64,000 nucleotides of DNA from Sphaerodactylus townsendi (taxonomy: Eukaryota). Under the pieces are notes generated by a model. That model was not told the DNA's origin. It did not search any database and saw only the letters and a program-made list of their open reading frames with translations. Below are positions 50,794-62,635 of this stretch, in pieces; within the stretch, counting starts at the first letter, position 1; every line of letters begins with the position of its first letter. The stretch spans positions 163,184,001-163,248,000 of the forward strand of contig NC_059425.1 of NCBI RefSeq assembly GCF_021028975.2, given 5' to 3'. The position numbers were made by a program, and so were the translations under genes.

Positions 50794-52164
50794 ATCTATA
50801 CCATTATAAACACATAGATGTGAGACACTCTTTGATACAAGGAAGATATATTTCAAATGGGAAAGCCTGGCATATTGTTATTCCAAGTTTTCTCAATGAA
50901 AACTAATGTGGAGAAATGCCTATTTAATATCCTGGGTAAATGGAAATGTGAGACAGAAATTAAATAATGATCACTCCATACTTAACAATTTCAGCATCTG
51001 CAGAAGGAACAAAATGACTGTCTTTGTTTACTGCATGGAATTACAGCATTTCTCCACCTTCGTGTGATCCTCAGAACATCTCTGTGAAGTAGATTAGGCT
51101 GAATAAGTGTAATGCTCGTGCAAGGTCATCTAGTGAACTTCCGTAGAACAGTGACATTTCAAACCTAAATCTCCTAAATCCTTATCCGACACTTTAACCA
51201 CTACTCTTCCATTTTAATACAAGATACAGGAACTATGGCCCAGTGTTTGACAGGCAACTCTTATAAAATAATTGGTTTGGTGTTTTATTTATAAGGTTGA
51301 AAATGTCAGTGAACAACCGGGATTAATTGTTCTAATGTGGTTTTAATGTGACAGCTATCATAAGGTTTGCAGAAGGTTTTCACAGAGAATGCTACCACAA
51401 AAATAAAATTAAAAAATGAAGAGACAGGATGTCAAATCTGGTAAACTGAAAACGATGGAAAATATTTAACCCTTTGAATTAACCTCAGTGACAGTCAAAT
51501 GCTCTAGTATGAGAACTAAGAGTGACCATTCAGGTGAAACCAAGCGAAAAATATACCCCCAAAATAGCTTATCAGTATTTTGGGGATACATTTGGGTCTC
51601 CCAGGTACTTCTGAGATTTTCAGGAAACAACAACAAAAAAAGGTCCTTAAAATACCAGGAAATTTTCAGGATTTACTGGAAAGATAGGGAGCCAGTGTTT
51701 GTAGATTCCCAGGGAATCCTCACCTCTCAGGGAGGGGAAGTTCAATGGACTTGCCTGGTTACTTCTGTCAGTTTCAGGAAGTCCCCCATCTTGTGTGTTT
51801 TACACTGCTGCTCACTCAGTGCTTGGATTTGATCTTCTTTGATTCAATACTACTTTTGTTGAGCTTGTGCTGCCACAGTGGTACTGGGTTCCGCTGGCCA
51901 TTTTGTATATCACCATTCCTTCTGCTGGGCTTGCAAAAGTGCCCCCCCCCCCCCACAACTAGAGTTTCCACTGCCAAGATTCTCTGGCTTGATTTTGGTT
52001 CTATTTGGTTTGGAAGCAGTTTGGACTTCTCTGTCTCTTTTCCACAGAAAATCATGGAAGATGGCTGGGACCCTGTTCAGGAGACGACAGATTTGGGTCC
52101 TGTGGTACAATCTACTTGAAATTTGGGAGCTATGTAGAAGATAGGCACCAACAGCTCTGCTGCA

Positions 52165-52507
52165 ATTATTATCATTATCATTATATTATTTATTCAATTT
52201 AATAGACCGCCCTATCCCCGAAGGGATCAGGGCGGTTTACAAGATAGTGAAACACAATACATCATATGATTTCAGTAAAAACAATAAATAAATTAAAACA
52301 TTAAAACATTAGAAGCAATAATCTTCTATAATTAAGATAAGTAGATGATGTCCAGCATTAACACCTGGGAGGGGACTGGCCGATATTCAATCAGCAGATG
52401 ACATATGGAGCGACAGAAACAGCAAAGAGGGGTGGATTCAGCGCCAACCTCACCAAAGGCCCGGTGGAACAGCTCGGTTTACAGGCCCTGCGGAACTCCC
52501 CAAGGTC
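52165..52507 (-). mobile_element. L2 LINE 3' end
   Basis: tagaccgccctatccccgaagggatcagggcgg tail and aaaggcccggtggaacagctcggtttacaggccctgcggaac ORF2 end. Confidence 0.8.
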
Positions 52508-53655
52508 ACCAATTGTGGTGCCTGTATCTTCAAAAATATACCCCACAGCCACCTTGGAAGCTTTCCTTATAAAGAATAATTACCCCCCCCCAAATTGGAT
52601 GCCCAACCCCCTCCCCCAAATTTGAATATCATATTGGTATTGGAATTTGGTAATATTGTGAATACTGATACTTTTGGGGTCCAATATACCCAAATCTGGA
52701 ATAATATGATTTTCTTTTGCAAAGCACTAGAGAATGGCTCCAGAGTGAAGTCAAAATATTTTTGTGTTGTCATCTGAATATGCGGGGAAAATGCTTGTAA
52801 CACATTTTTTTAAAGCAGCATTTAAAAAAAGAATTCCTTTATTATTTTTGCCCTATCTTGGCATTCCTTTTTAATAGCACTTGTCCTTCCCCCGTTCCCC
52901 TTGGCACCTGAAGGGATTCTAGCTAATGTCAATGGTGGATGTGGATTCTTATTGTGTAAAGATAATTTTAATGATATTCCAATGTTCAATTACCAGAAAG
53001 TGTGTGAAAGCCACCCTTGGTATATCTAAGTAATCCTCTTAGTCAGGCTTTGCATATATCAACATAAGACTTAATATTTAATTATGCTTTGGGTGCTATA
53101 AGTTAGTGGTCCCAGAAATCAATGTACTTGCTGGGAAACAGGCCAGCTTGCACAAAATTAAAAAATGTACTTTATGCAGGCGGCCACCTATCTCATAGTT
53201 GGAAGCACAGCTATTTCCAGTTCTTTAATGATTAGTTAACCAAATTAAAAATTCAGATGTCCTCATTTTTCAAAGGCATGAGAGATCCTAATTCACATTC
53301 CGATGGCATCCCGCTGGGGAACTGGTGGCTAGTGAGGAGGGGGGAAGCGAGGTGAAACAGTGACACAGAGGGTGAGAGGTGTTGTTTTTAACTCCCTTGA
53401 TACGTTTTATCTGAGTTCTTCAGCTTCTATAATTTTCTAGTTAACTGGAGCATTAAAAATGGGCCTCCAAAGTACTAACGGTTTCCTTAAAAGGACAAAG
53501 CATGCAATTTAGCAGGTTTTTTTTTAAAAAAAGCAGTACAGCTGAGTATTTTTTACTTTACCATGTCTGAGTAGGTAGAACAGGGAACTTTCCATTGCTG
53601 TATTTGGGCATTTATAGACTGCTTCTTTCTGGTTGTTAGGTTTCATGTGTTGAGC

Positions 53656-54059
53656 CAGAGGTGGGATCCAGCAGGTTCTCACGGGTTCCCGAGAGTAGGT
53701 TACTAATTATTTGTGTGTTCCGAGAGGGGGTTACTAATGGGTGATTTTGCCCCGTGATTTTTGCCTTAGTTACGCCCCTCCTCTCAGCAGTAGCGCGCAG
53801 AACTTGAAGAAGTCTAGCAGGAGGTGCACCGGCGTGCGTGGCAGCCTTCCGCGCTCAAGGCATTCGTTTCCTCGCCCAAGGACCGGCATGCGAGCGGCTG
53901 GCGCCCTTGCTTACAGCCCCTGTTTCCCAGGAATGCCCCGCCCTCAGAATGCCCAGCCACGCCCCCGTCGTACCCCACCCAGCACCATTGGTGCTACCCC
54001 ACAGTTTCAATTCCACCACCATGGGAACCTGTTACTAAAATTTTTGGATCCCATCACTG
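53656..54059. mobile_element. hAT non-autonomous element (longer relative of 13343 and 9571)
   Basis: TIRs CAGAGGTGGGATCCA / TGGATCCCATCACTG; perfect 8-bp TSD tgttgagc. Confidence 0.9.
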
Positions 54060-54716
54060 TGTTGAGCACACTGTGAGGAATAACACTCCAGGAAAAATGT
54101 GAAGATAAACAGCACTGAGCCAAAAGTTCTCACAATTTTGATGGCTTCAGAAACTGTACCCTGTTGTGTGCAAAGATGGGATTCGGGTGGCGGGGAGGGA
54201 TTATTTGAAAACAAGGCAGAATTCATGAAGCACTGCCCTCACTCTGAACTGACTTCAGCCCCTGTGACATCATCACGCATTCAAACCTGAATGACTGAAT
54301 AGTGATGGCACATTACCACACTCCTCTGTGGTGATGATGAAAAAGAAGCAACCACCATTCCACCTGCACAATGCCATCTGGCACAGCTTTTCTGGATTAT
54401 AAAGCAGCTTTTATCTCAAGCCGCAAAGGATGCTGACCCAAAAAATATACAAGCCCACTAGGATTCCTTTGCAATGCATTCTGCAAATAAAACTGCTTGC
54501 ATTTGCAACAACTTACACACCAGTTAGGACTGGTTCAATCTCAAGACGTTATTGAAATGCAATTTCTACAGATAACTTTCAATCGGCGAGTGGACTGAAT
54601 AAAGTGGACAAGGCGCTTCTGAGACCCACCATGTCCAGTACTGGAGACTTATTAATCCAAGTGGACAGTCAATATCCTGTTCATATTTTATAGTGTTGCT
54701 TGGATCACCTTTTTCC

Positions 54717-54893
54717 NNNNNNNNNNNNNNNNNNNNNNNNNNNNNNNNNNNNNNNNNNNNNNNNNNNNNNNNNNNNNNNNNNNNNNNNNNNNNNNNNNNN
54801 NNNNNNNNNNNNNNNNNNNNNNNNNNNNNNNNNNNNNNNNNNNNNNNNNNNNNNNNNNNNNNNNNNNNNNNNNNNNNNNNNNNNNNNNNNNNN
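54717..54893. other. Assembly gap (177 N)
   Basis: Run of N, ending in a C-run. Confidence 0.99.
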
Positions 54894-54905
54894 CCCCCCC
54901 ATTCC

Positions 54906-55186
54906 AGGAGGAGTTTGGATTTATACCCCCCCCCCATTCTCTCCTACAGGAGACTCAAAGGGGCTTGCAATCTCCTTGCCCTTCCCCCCTCACAACAAAC
55001 ACCGTGAGGTAGGTGGGGCTGAGAGAGCTCCGAGAAGCTGTGACTAGCCCAAGGTTACCCAGCTGGCGTGGGTGGGAGTGTACAGGCTACTCTGAATTCC
55101 CCAGAGAAGCCTCCACAGGCGGCAGAGCTGGGAATCAAACCTGGTTCCTCCAGATTAGATACACAAGCTCTTAACCTCCTACGCCA
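54906..55186 (-). mobile_element. Squam3-type SINE, young subfamily
   Basis: Near-identical to the 56242 copy. Confidence 0.87.
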
Positions 55187-56241
55187 TCAGCTCAGAATGT
55201 GAAGGCCACACTGACTCTACACGGAACTGTGAAGCTGCGCTGAAATTTATCACCCACTCTAAGAATGTCTGGAGAGGGGGCTCCAAGGTATGATTAGAAG
55301 GCACATTATGAAACTTGATAAAGCTAAGCAAGTCTGAGGGTGATCTCCTGAGAACCCTGAATATGATATCCATGATGGAAGAAAATCTGTACACAAATGC
55401 AGCAACTATAAAGAAGCAGTGTAGTACAGTGGTTTCCATAGCACACTAGGACAACTGGGGACACCAAGGGTCAAATTCCCACCCTAACACAGGTTCACTG
55501 GAAGGATAAGATGGAAGAGGGGAGAACTGTGCACACTGGTTAGGGCAGCATAAATATGCAGTTGTAATATATTATGAAAGCACAGATGAACTGCACAGAT
55601 TAATCACTTTTGACTTGCTGAAATAAGCATTATGTGAAAAAAAAAGCCAATGCTGCAAAAGTACAGTTTATGATCGTTTCAGCAATGTTGTAGAATTTGG
55701 AATATATTAGTCTGGATCACTGCAACCTTTGTTTCACCAGAACAAAGGCAAGCCACCCATATACAAGCTTTGAATCTAAGAACACTTACTTCTGAGTAGA
55801 CCCACCTCTTACTGATCTTCAGGGGCTTCATCAATCTCTTGATTTTTGCTGCCAAAACTGGCAAATGAATTACTGCCTGGCAAGCACCTGACCTTTTCAA
55901 GCTCGTGTGCCTCACAATTTACAGTAATTTCAATGACTGCTGTATAATAAACAAAATGCAAAATGCCTCCTCTGATTTGTACCTCTTTGATATAAACAAA
56001 ACTGAACTGATTTGCAAACTGCATGGTGTACAAGAGTCCCTACCGTAACGCCGGTGGGTAGCACAGCATCCTACCTACATTTTTCCTGGTGCCCACCAAA
56101 TGTTATAGAAAGCAGATGGGGCCAGATCAGGCTCCTGCCCCCCCCCCCCACCTGCTTCTTATTAGCCAATGGAGATCTGATTGGATGTGCAAATCAAAAT
56201 AATGTTGTTTTGGCGGCAATTACCACCACAATTTTGGTTTT

Positions 56242-56530
56242 AGAAGAAGAAGAAGAAGAAGAGTTTGGATTTATATCCCCCCTTTCTCTCCTGCAGGAGA
56301 CTCAAAGGGGCTTACAATCTCCTTGCCCTTCCCCCCTGTGAGGTAGGTGGGGCTGAGAGAGCTCCGAGAAGCTGTGACTAGCCCAAGGTCACCCAGCTGG
56401 CGTGTGTGGGAGTGTACAGGCTAATCTGAATTCCCCAGATAAGCCTCCACAGCTCAGGCGGCAGAGCTGGGAATCAAACCTGGTTCCTCCAGATTAGATA
56501 CACGAGCTCTTAACCTCCTACGCCACTGCT
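56242..56530 (-). mobile_element. Squam3-type SINE, young subfamily
   Basis: (GAA)n tail, A box TGGCGTAGGAGG, B box GGTTTGATTCC. Lies 140 bp from an NBAS exon donor. Confidence 0.88.
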
Positions 56531-56669
56531 TAATCTCTCACTCATTCTTCTTTACAGGCATATCTTTTTTTTAATTGCTTCTCTTGTCCTCTGCTTTCCA
56601 GCTTCCTTTTTGTGCAGCTCTGCCTCTCATGGTGTCCTTTAACAACTAGTGCAACATGATATCACCTAC

Positions 56670-56865
56670 CAGAGTCTGGGGCCAACAGGCTTTGAGTAAG
56701 GCTTGAGTCCGGAAGAGCACAAGCAGCTTGCTGTCTTCATCTCTAAGGTGAAAGGCTTGCTCCAAAATCTGCAGCACTTGAATGCGAGGCTTCACGGGCA
56801 AGGCATCATCTCCGCAGAAAGGTCTAAGCCAGCCTAAGAGATCATCAGAAGAAACGAGATTCTCC
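56670..56865 (-). CDS. NBAS: NBAS internal coding exon (5th from last; 196 nt)
   Basis: Acceptor ...tacag at 56866-67, donor gtaggt. Translates (1-nt carry-over) ENLVSSDDLLGWLRPFCGDDALPVKPRIQVLQILEQAFHLRDEDSKLLVLFRTQALLKACWPQTL, matching the recalled NBAS C-terminal region (LLEWLRPFCADDAWPVRPR...EEDSKLLVFFRT). Not in the ORF track. Confidence 0.93.
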
Positions 56866-57252
56866 CTGTAATTAAATTGTCCAAGTTAAATTAGTTGAAA
56901 ATTGGGGGGTTTATTCCACCTGAAAGAGTTATTTCAACAGAATATGCAAGCGCTCTACAAGTAAGAATCTGGTATATCTTGTATTACATTTTTCACTCAC
57001 AACAAATAACCTTTGGTTTGCACCTGGAGTGTTAACTGTGGTTTGTACTATCTGTGGTCTGGCATGAGGTCTGAATGTCAGTTTGTTCAGTAGTACCATC
57101 CCTCTTAGCCTTCTGCATGCAGAGAAGCACATACCAATAGAGGAGTCTGTTGGGCCAGGTGCATTCACAATTCTCTTTTCCCTTGGACTGTGGGCACACA
57201 GGTTCTCAGGAGAGGTAGTAAGAGAACAACCTGTATATGTTGAGATCACTTT

Positions 57253-58307
57253 ATTCCATGTAAAAACTTGACTACCTCACAGAAGCTGGCCAAACTATTT
57301 ATTCAACACATGTACAGACTACATTATATTCCCACCAAAATTATCTCACACTGAGGGTCACAATTGATTTCCAAATTCTGGAAAAAATTCTTAAAACTGT
57401 TGGGGGTTGAACAAGGACTGACTAATCCACAGACTCATGGCCAGATGAAGAGTGTGAACCAGGTGTTGGGGCAATGTCCAAGGTGTTACTTAAGTTATGC
57501 ATAGAATGACTCAGTTCATAGGTGTCAAACTCGCAGCCCTCCAGATGTTGTGGACTACAGTTCCCATCACCCCCTGCCAGCATGATGCTGGCAGGGGGTG
57601 ATGGAAACTGTAGTCCACAACATCTGGAGGGCTGCGAGTTTGACACCTGTGACTTAGTTGATCTATTACCATTCGCTGAATTTACTTACAACAATGCTGT
57701 ATATTGACATAGTGGACTCCACCCTTCAATGTAGTTTATGGACAGGAGGGGAAGCTCATACCAGTGGCTGAGCTGTTAGGGTCAGCACCACTGCATTAAT
57801 TTTTTTAAAAAATAGATCCTAAAAATCAGAGAAGTTGGTCAAGACGCTGAACAAAGCCAAGGACACATACAAAAAGTAAGCTGATCACAAATGAACTTCC
57901 AATGGGGTTTTAAAAGTGGGAGACCTGGTGCTTATTTCTGCTAAACATCTGAGATGCAGGAACTTGGGATAGAAATATGTGGGATCTTTAAAAATAAAAA
58001 GGCTAATTAACGAAGTGACTGTGGCGGTAAAGCTTTCAAAAATGTACACATTTGTACATTTCACCTTTGTTACAGTTTACAGAAGAAGGAGCCTCTCCCT
58101 GACAACCCCCCCCGCCCCGCCGCAAGTCCAGTGTCCGTCACGATCGGCGAGAATGCCCACTACAAGGAGTCCCGGATCTTGGATTCAAGATGTTACTGAG
58201 GACAGATACTTTGTGAGCTGCAGTAATTTGTGAGCTGGAAACATTTTCTCCCCTGGAATAAGCCAGGACAATGTGGGTGGGGGAGATACATTTTAGGGGG
58301 GGCAGAA
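57253..58307 (+). mobile_element. Ty3/Gypsy (chromovirus-type) pol remnant: integrase core, GPY/F module, chromodomain, PPT
   Basis: KLAKLFIQHMYRLH..PTKIISH*GSQLISKFWKKFLKLLGVEQGL; DLLPFAEFTYNNAV; PF..VYG; KVGDLVLISAKHL...YVGSLKIKRLINEVTVAVKL; YKESRILDSR; polypurine tract agggggggcagaa at 58295-58307. Confidence 0.85.
57517..57651. mobile_element. Near-perfect palindromic hAT MITE
   Basis: TIR CAYAGGTGTCAAACTCGC; the whole element is an inverted repeat; TSD actcagtt / acttagtt. Confidence 0.88.
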
Positions 58308-58893
58308 TGTCAAAACCCTATTAAGACCTGTTAGCATTTCAGATGTTCCCTGGTTCTTGCCAAGAGACTTTGGAATGGGTTAGGAGCAGATGGCAATGTG
58401 GGAATGCTAGGGTTATTGCCTCAGCAGGGGTGCGACGCGTTTTCTTTGAATGTGGTATACGTGGCACTCCATTGTGTGGTTTGATATTGGGCAATGTGGG
58501 AATCCCTGGCTTGTTTTCTTTTGCTCTTGGTGTGTAATAACTTTTTTCATCCTTTGGGTTGGCAAGCACCTGACTTTATCTTTGGTTTGGCCTTGCAGAC
58601 TGTGCACTGCTTGAGAATGCTGTCAGTGATTTCATCCTGCTGGGAACCCGAGGCTGGGGTCTGGAGGAAATGCTGTAGTGCATAGGTGTCAAACTCGCGG
58701 CCCTCCAGCATCATGCTGGTGGGGGATGATGTGAACTGTAGTCCATAACATCTGGAGGGCCGCGAGTTTGACACCTGTGCTGTAGTGGAACTCAATTCCA
58801 GCAAAAGCTAGTTTGCTGCTGTTCATAATAACCTACCCATAAACCAATTTCTGAACTCAAGAGTCTGGTTATTACATGGGTAATATCTTGACA
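58308..58893 (+). mobile_element. Gypsy 3' LTR (interrupted by a MITE)
   Basis: Begins TGTCAA directly after the PPT and ends TTGACA. Confidence 0.7.
58681..58779. mobile_element. hAT MITE (same family as 57517, internally deleted)
   Basis: Same TIR; perfect TSD ctgtagtg. Confidence 0.88.
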
Positions 58894-59349
58894 TATCCAT
58901 TGTCACAGCCATTGCAATTTGGGTTTAAGAAGAGTCTTTGACTGTCTCGCGATTGCAGGGGCCACTTGGAGCAAGGTAAACTGACATCTCAATCTGCCTT
59001 GTTTGTGCAACAGTTTAAATTAATTATGTTTATTGTGACATCTGAATTCAACCTATATGCTACTTAAAAAGTACTTACATGAATACAAAGAGAAATGACA
59101 GCTAGATATAATTGTTTGCTACGCAACTGTGTTCAGAAGTATGTCTGAAATGTAGCGAACATTAGCTTAAAGCTAATTTCAATATTTCAAAAGTTTACCT
59201 GCGGATGTTTTTACATGCTAATCCAGAATAACTTCAGGATTTATTTGAGAATGTATCAGTGAGCTCTACCATTTACAGGTTTTATATGTTCAAATGTCTC
59301 TACAAGAAAAGGGACCTCTTGAGCATTCAGCAGATGCGTTTGTCTATCC

Positions 59350-59487
59350 CAGGGGTAGGGTTTCCAGAGGTTCAGTAACTACAATTCCCATCAGCCCCTA
59401 CCAGCATGGCCAATTGGCCATGCTGACAGAGGCTGATGGGAATTGTAGTTCCTGAACATCTGGAGAGCCGCAGGTTCCCTACCCCTG
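59350..59487. mobile_element. hAT MITE
   Basis: TIRs CAGGGGTAGGG / CCCTACCCCTG; perfect TSD gtctatcc. Confidence 0.88.
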
Positions 59488-60369
59488 GTCTATCCAAACG
59501 ATACACTTACTACAACATGCTGCTTTCCTGCAAGTTTTACTCATAAATATAGTAAAAAAATTTAAATAAATGTACAATAATGAGGCCAGGATGCAAAGGA
59601 TTACACAAATGGTTGTGTAATGATACTGGCTCAGAGCTGATGGTATAGGGAAAAAAATGAGAATTTCCAACACAGATATTTCCAAAATATTTGTGAACAG
59701 GAAAATAAGAAGGCTGTAGCAGTCACCAAGAATGAAAGAGGGCAAGGCCAAATGCCAATGGTGCAGTAGGAAAATGTACTGAATGGATACCAAAACACTC
59801 CTATATGGTTCCTATGCACATTTGTCAGGGGATCTCAAATGTGATATGAAAGAAACATGAATGAAATAATAATGAAACAAATCAAAATACAAGATTATAT
59901 AAACACATAAGAAAAACATACATGATCAAAGTTAAAATGTTACATAAATTGACAAATCCCAGCAACTATAAATATAACAAAATTGCAGACAATAAAACAT
60001 GTATCCTGTTACAAAGCAATACAGAACTTTGTCCAAAACAACAGATAGTTCAGATCATATGTCCCAGGCATAAATTATCACATAATAATATATGGACCAA
60101 TGGATTTGATACACACACACATATATAATACAACTGAAATTTAAATATTTTATCCAGCAGGTACTGAACTCAGACAGAAAAAAATCAGAACGCAACAGAT
60201 CTCTTATTTACGCTAACTGTACAACATCCAGGTCCTCGTTCAACCCATGAGGAATATATGCTCTCAGTCACAGAATCTTTGTAAGTTTATCATTAGGACT
60301 AGAGAGTCTGTGGGACAGTGATTAAACAATTAACAAGGGACTGCCAGTTTTAAAAGACAGATGATATTT

Positions 60370-60590
60370 TTATGCATTTGCAAATTTATATCCCATTTTC
60401 CCCCTCTTGCGGAAAAAAGCAGCTTTTAGAACACTGCTCTTCCTTCCTCCATCTCCTCACAACAACAACCCAGTGAGGTAACCCAGACAGAGAGTTTGTG
60501 ACGGCCCAGAGTGAGCTTCCATGGTAGACGTGGGGATCTGAAGCAATATTGCCCAGGATCCTAGTCTGCCTCTCTAGCTACTCCACCACA
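60370..60590 (-). mobile_element. Old tRNA/CORE-type SINE
   Basis: atctcctcacaacaacaacccagtgaggta...gtgagcttccatggtag...cctagtc. Confidence 0.55.
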
Positions 60591-60724
60591 TATATTCCAT
60601 AATACATGTTCCTCAATGTTTGCCATATTTAGAACCTGTGACAAGACATTTGATAATCTAAGTTATCCGATTGGAGCTGCATGTCAGGAAGTCCTTGAGC
60701 ATGTATTTTTTTTAAAATCAACTA

Positions 60725-61206
60725 CAGTGGAACCTCGGTTTTTGTTGGTAATCCGTCCGAAAAGAATCGATGAAAACCGAAACCGATGAAAACTGAGGCA
60801 AACTTTTCCATAGGAATCAATGTAAATCCAATTAATCTGTTCTAGGCACTCCAAAAAACATACCCAAAACACATTTTTGGTGAATAAACATAGTGTTTAA
60901 TGCTGAAAACAGTAACAAACAATAACACTAGGACCAGCTTCAGAGCCAGTGGACCAATGTCGCACCAGAAAGCTGTCCAAAGAGGTCTGTTTCTGACACC
61001 TCTTTAAGATTTGTCTGAAATGGGGCAAGATATTGTCATTAAACAAGTTGCAGACACGGGCTGCCACAGCTTCGGGTGATTTTTCTCCACAAACTCCTGC
61101 ACCTTACTGCAAATCGATGAAAACCGAGACAAATTTTTCACTGAAAAAAATTGATGAAAACCAAAATCGATGAAAACCGAAGGCCATGAAAACCGAGGTT
61201 CCACTG
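60725..61206. mobile_element. Tigger-like Tc1/mariner MITE
   Basis: TIRs CAGTGGAACCTCGGTTTT / AAAACCGAGGTTCCACTG, TA TSDs. Confidence 0.88.
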
Positions 61207-61279
61207 TATGAGATTTGTCCCTTTTTTCACATTAAAAGTATACATACAATACAGACAGTATACTTACAACATACATCCC

Positions 61280-61600
61280 CAGCCTTTTTGGAACACCCTG
61301 TCCAATGAGACCCAAGCCCTGCAGGATTTACCACAGTTCCGCAGGGCCTGTAAGTTGGAGCTGTTCCACCAAGCCTGTGGTTCAGGACAGCAGCAGTATC
61401 ATGGCTGGTCTCCCTCTCCCCTTTTCCCCCATTTTTAGTGGACACTTTGGAGTGGGCTGGGAGTGAATGTCTTGTCTATTAATTCCAGTCTTAATCTTGA
61501 AGTTTTTGGTGCCAGAGATTTTGTGATTGGTATTGAATGATTGAAATTTGATTTGAATTTCTAATGTATTATTGTTGTAAGCCGCCCTGAGCCCAAAAAT
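61280..61600 (+). mobile_element. L2 LINE 3' end
   Basis: WNTLSNETQALQDLPQFRRACKLELF (ORF 61208) is the L2 ORF2 C-terminus; tail gtaagccgccctgagccc. Confidence 0.8.
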
Positions 61601-61939
61601 CCAGTCAGTCAATCAATAATAGTTCCCCACAGGGAAAATGCTCCTGGGAAAGTCTAGTTCCTTGTAAGCTCTGTTGTGCGTTGACAGAAAGAGATGTTAC
61701 TGTGCGACAAGCTCATCTCGCAAATTGAATGTTCTTTTAAACGAGACAACTGGCCTTGTGTCACACACAGGAATGTCTTCTAAAATGTTGCCGTTTTTGC
61801 CATTTGACACGCATATGGTTAAATGTCAGCCTGCAAGTAAGCTTCCCAAGGTCAACTGTTTCTGACCGAATAACAGATTTCTCTTGTTGGAGGAAAAAGC
61901 CATTGAATAGGTTAACTGTAAAACTCATTAGATGTCTCC

Positions 61940-62370
61940 CGGTTGCTAAATTCTCAATTAAAATCGATGTTTCTTTTTCCAAAAAGCCTTCCAATATAGC
62001 ACAGTATCTCCTAAGTCTTATAAACTGACTGAAAGGCAAATTGTTTTTCATATGTTTCAGATAGTTGCTGCCATATCTTAGGAAAGAATTTCTGTCTGTG
62101 GATTTTTTTGTATAGATTGTGTGGAACTTACAATTCTGTTTGCTCACCACCATCTCCATGAAACTGATCGGTTTACTGTCTATGTGCAGTACAAAATTTA
62201 ATGTTATTTTATAGATCGATCCAGCTAGGAAGTTCTAACAACCAGTTCCAATTACTCTTCCACAGTAAATAAGACATCATCTATATTGTGCCACCATTTG
62301 ACTATATGATTTTAAAAAGGGCTTGTTGGAGGAGTAAGTATATGAATCTTTCCTCAAAATCTCATAGACA
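61940..62370 (-). mobile_element. Penelope-like element reverse transcriptase fragment
   Basis: Minus strand HIVKWWHNIDDVL (decayed RYIDD catalytic motif) then HTIYTKKSTDRNSFLRYGSNYLKHMKNNLPFSQFIRLRRYC, matching the Penelope RT thumb YRKPTDRN..L...S.HP.....LP.SQF.RLRR.C. Confidence 0.8.
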
Positions 62371-62509
62371 GATGACTCCATGATTTAATCTGTCAACAAA
62401 ATCTGTTATTAAATACAAAATAAATTAGAACAATAAAAGTCCAAGTTGTTGGCGAATGAGACTTGTATTAAGAGGGTATTCCCTCCATCTGAAGAATGCT
62501 GGTGTACAG

Positions 62510-62635
62510 AAAGACAGGAGTGGTGTCTCAGTTCCTAAGACCATCGGAAATATGTGTTTTCTGATGGTCTTAGGTGACCCTTGTGAAAGGGTCATTCGAC
62601 CCCCAAAGGGTCGCGACCCACAGGTTGAGAAACCG
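62510..62635 (+). mobile_element. SPIN/URR1-like hAT transposon 3' end
   Basis: tgtgttttctgatggtcttaggtgacccttgtgaaagggtcattcgacccccaaagggtcgcgacccacaggttgagaa closely matches the recalled URR1/SPIN terminus. Confidence 0.75.
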
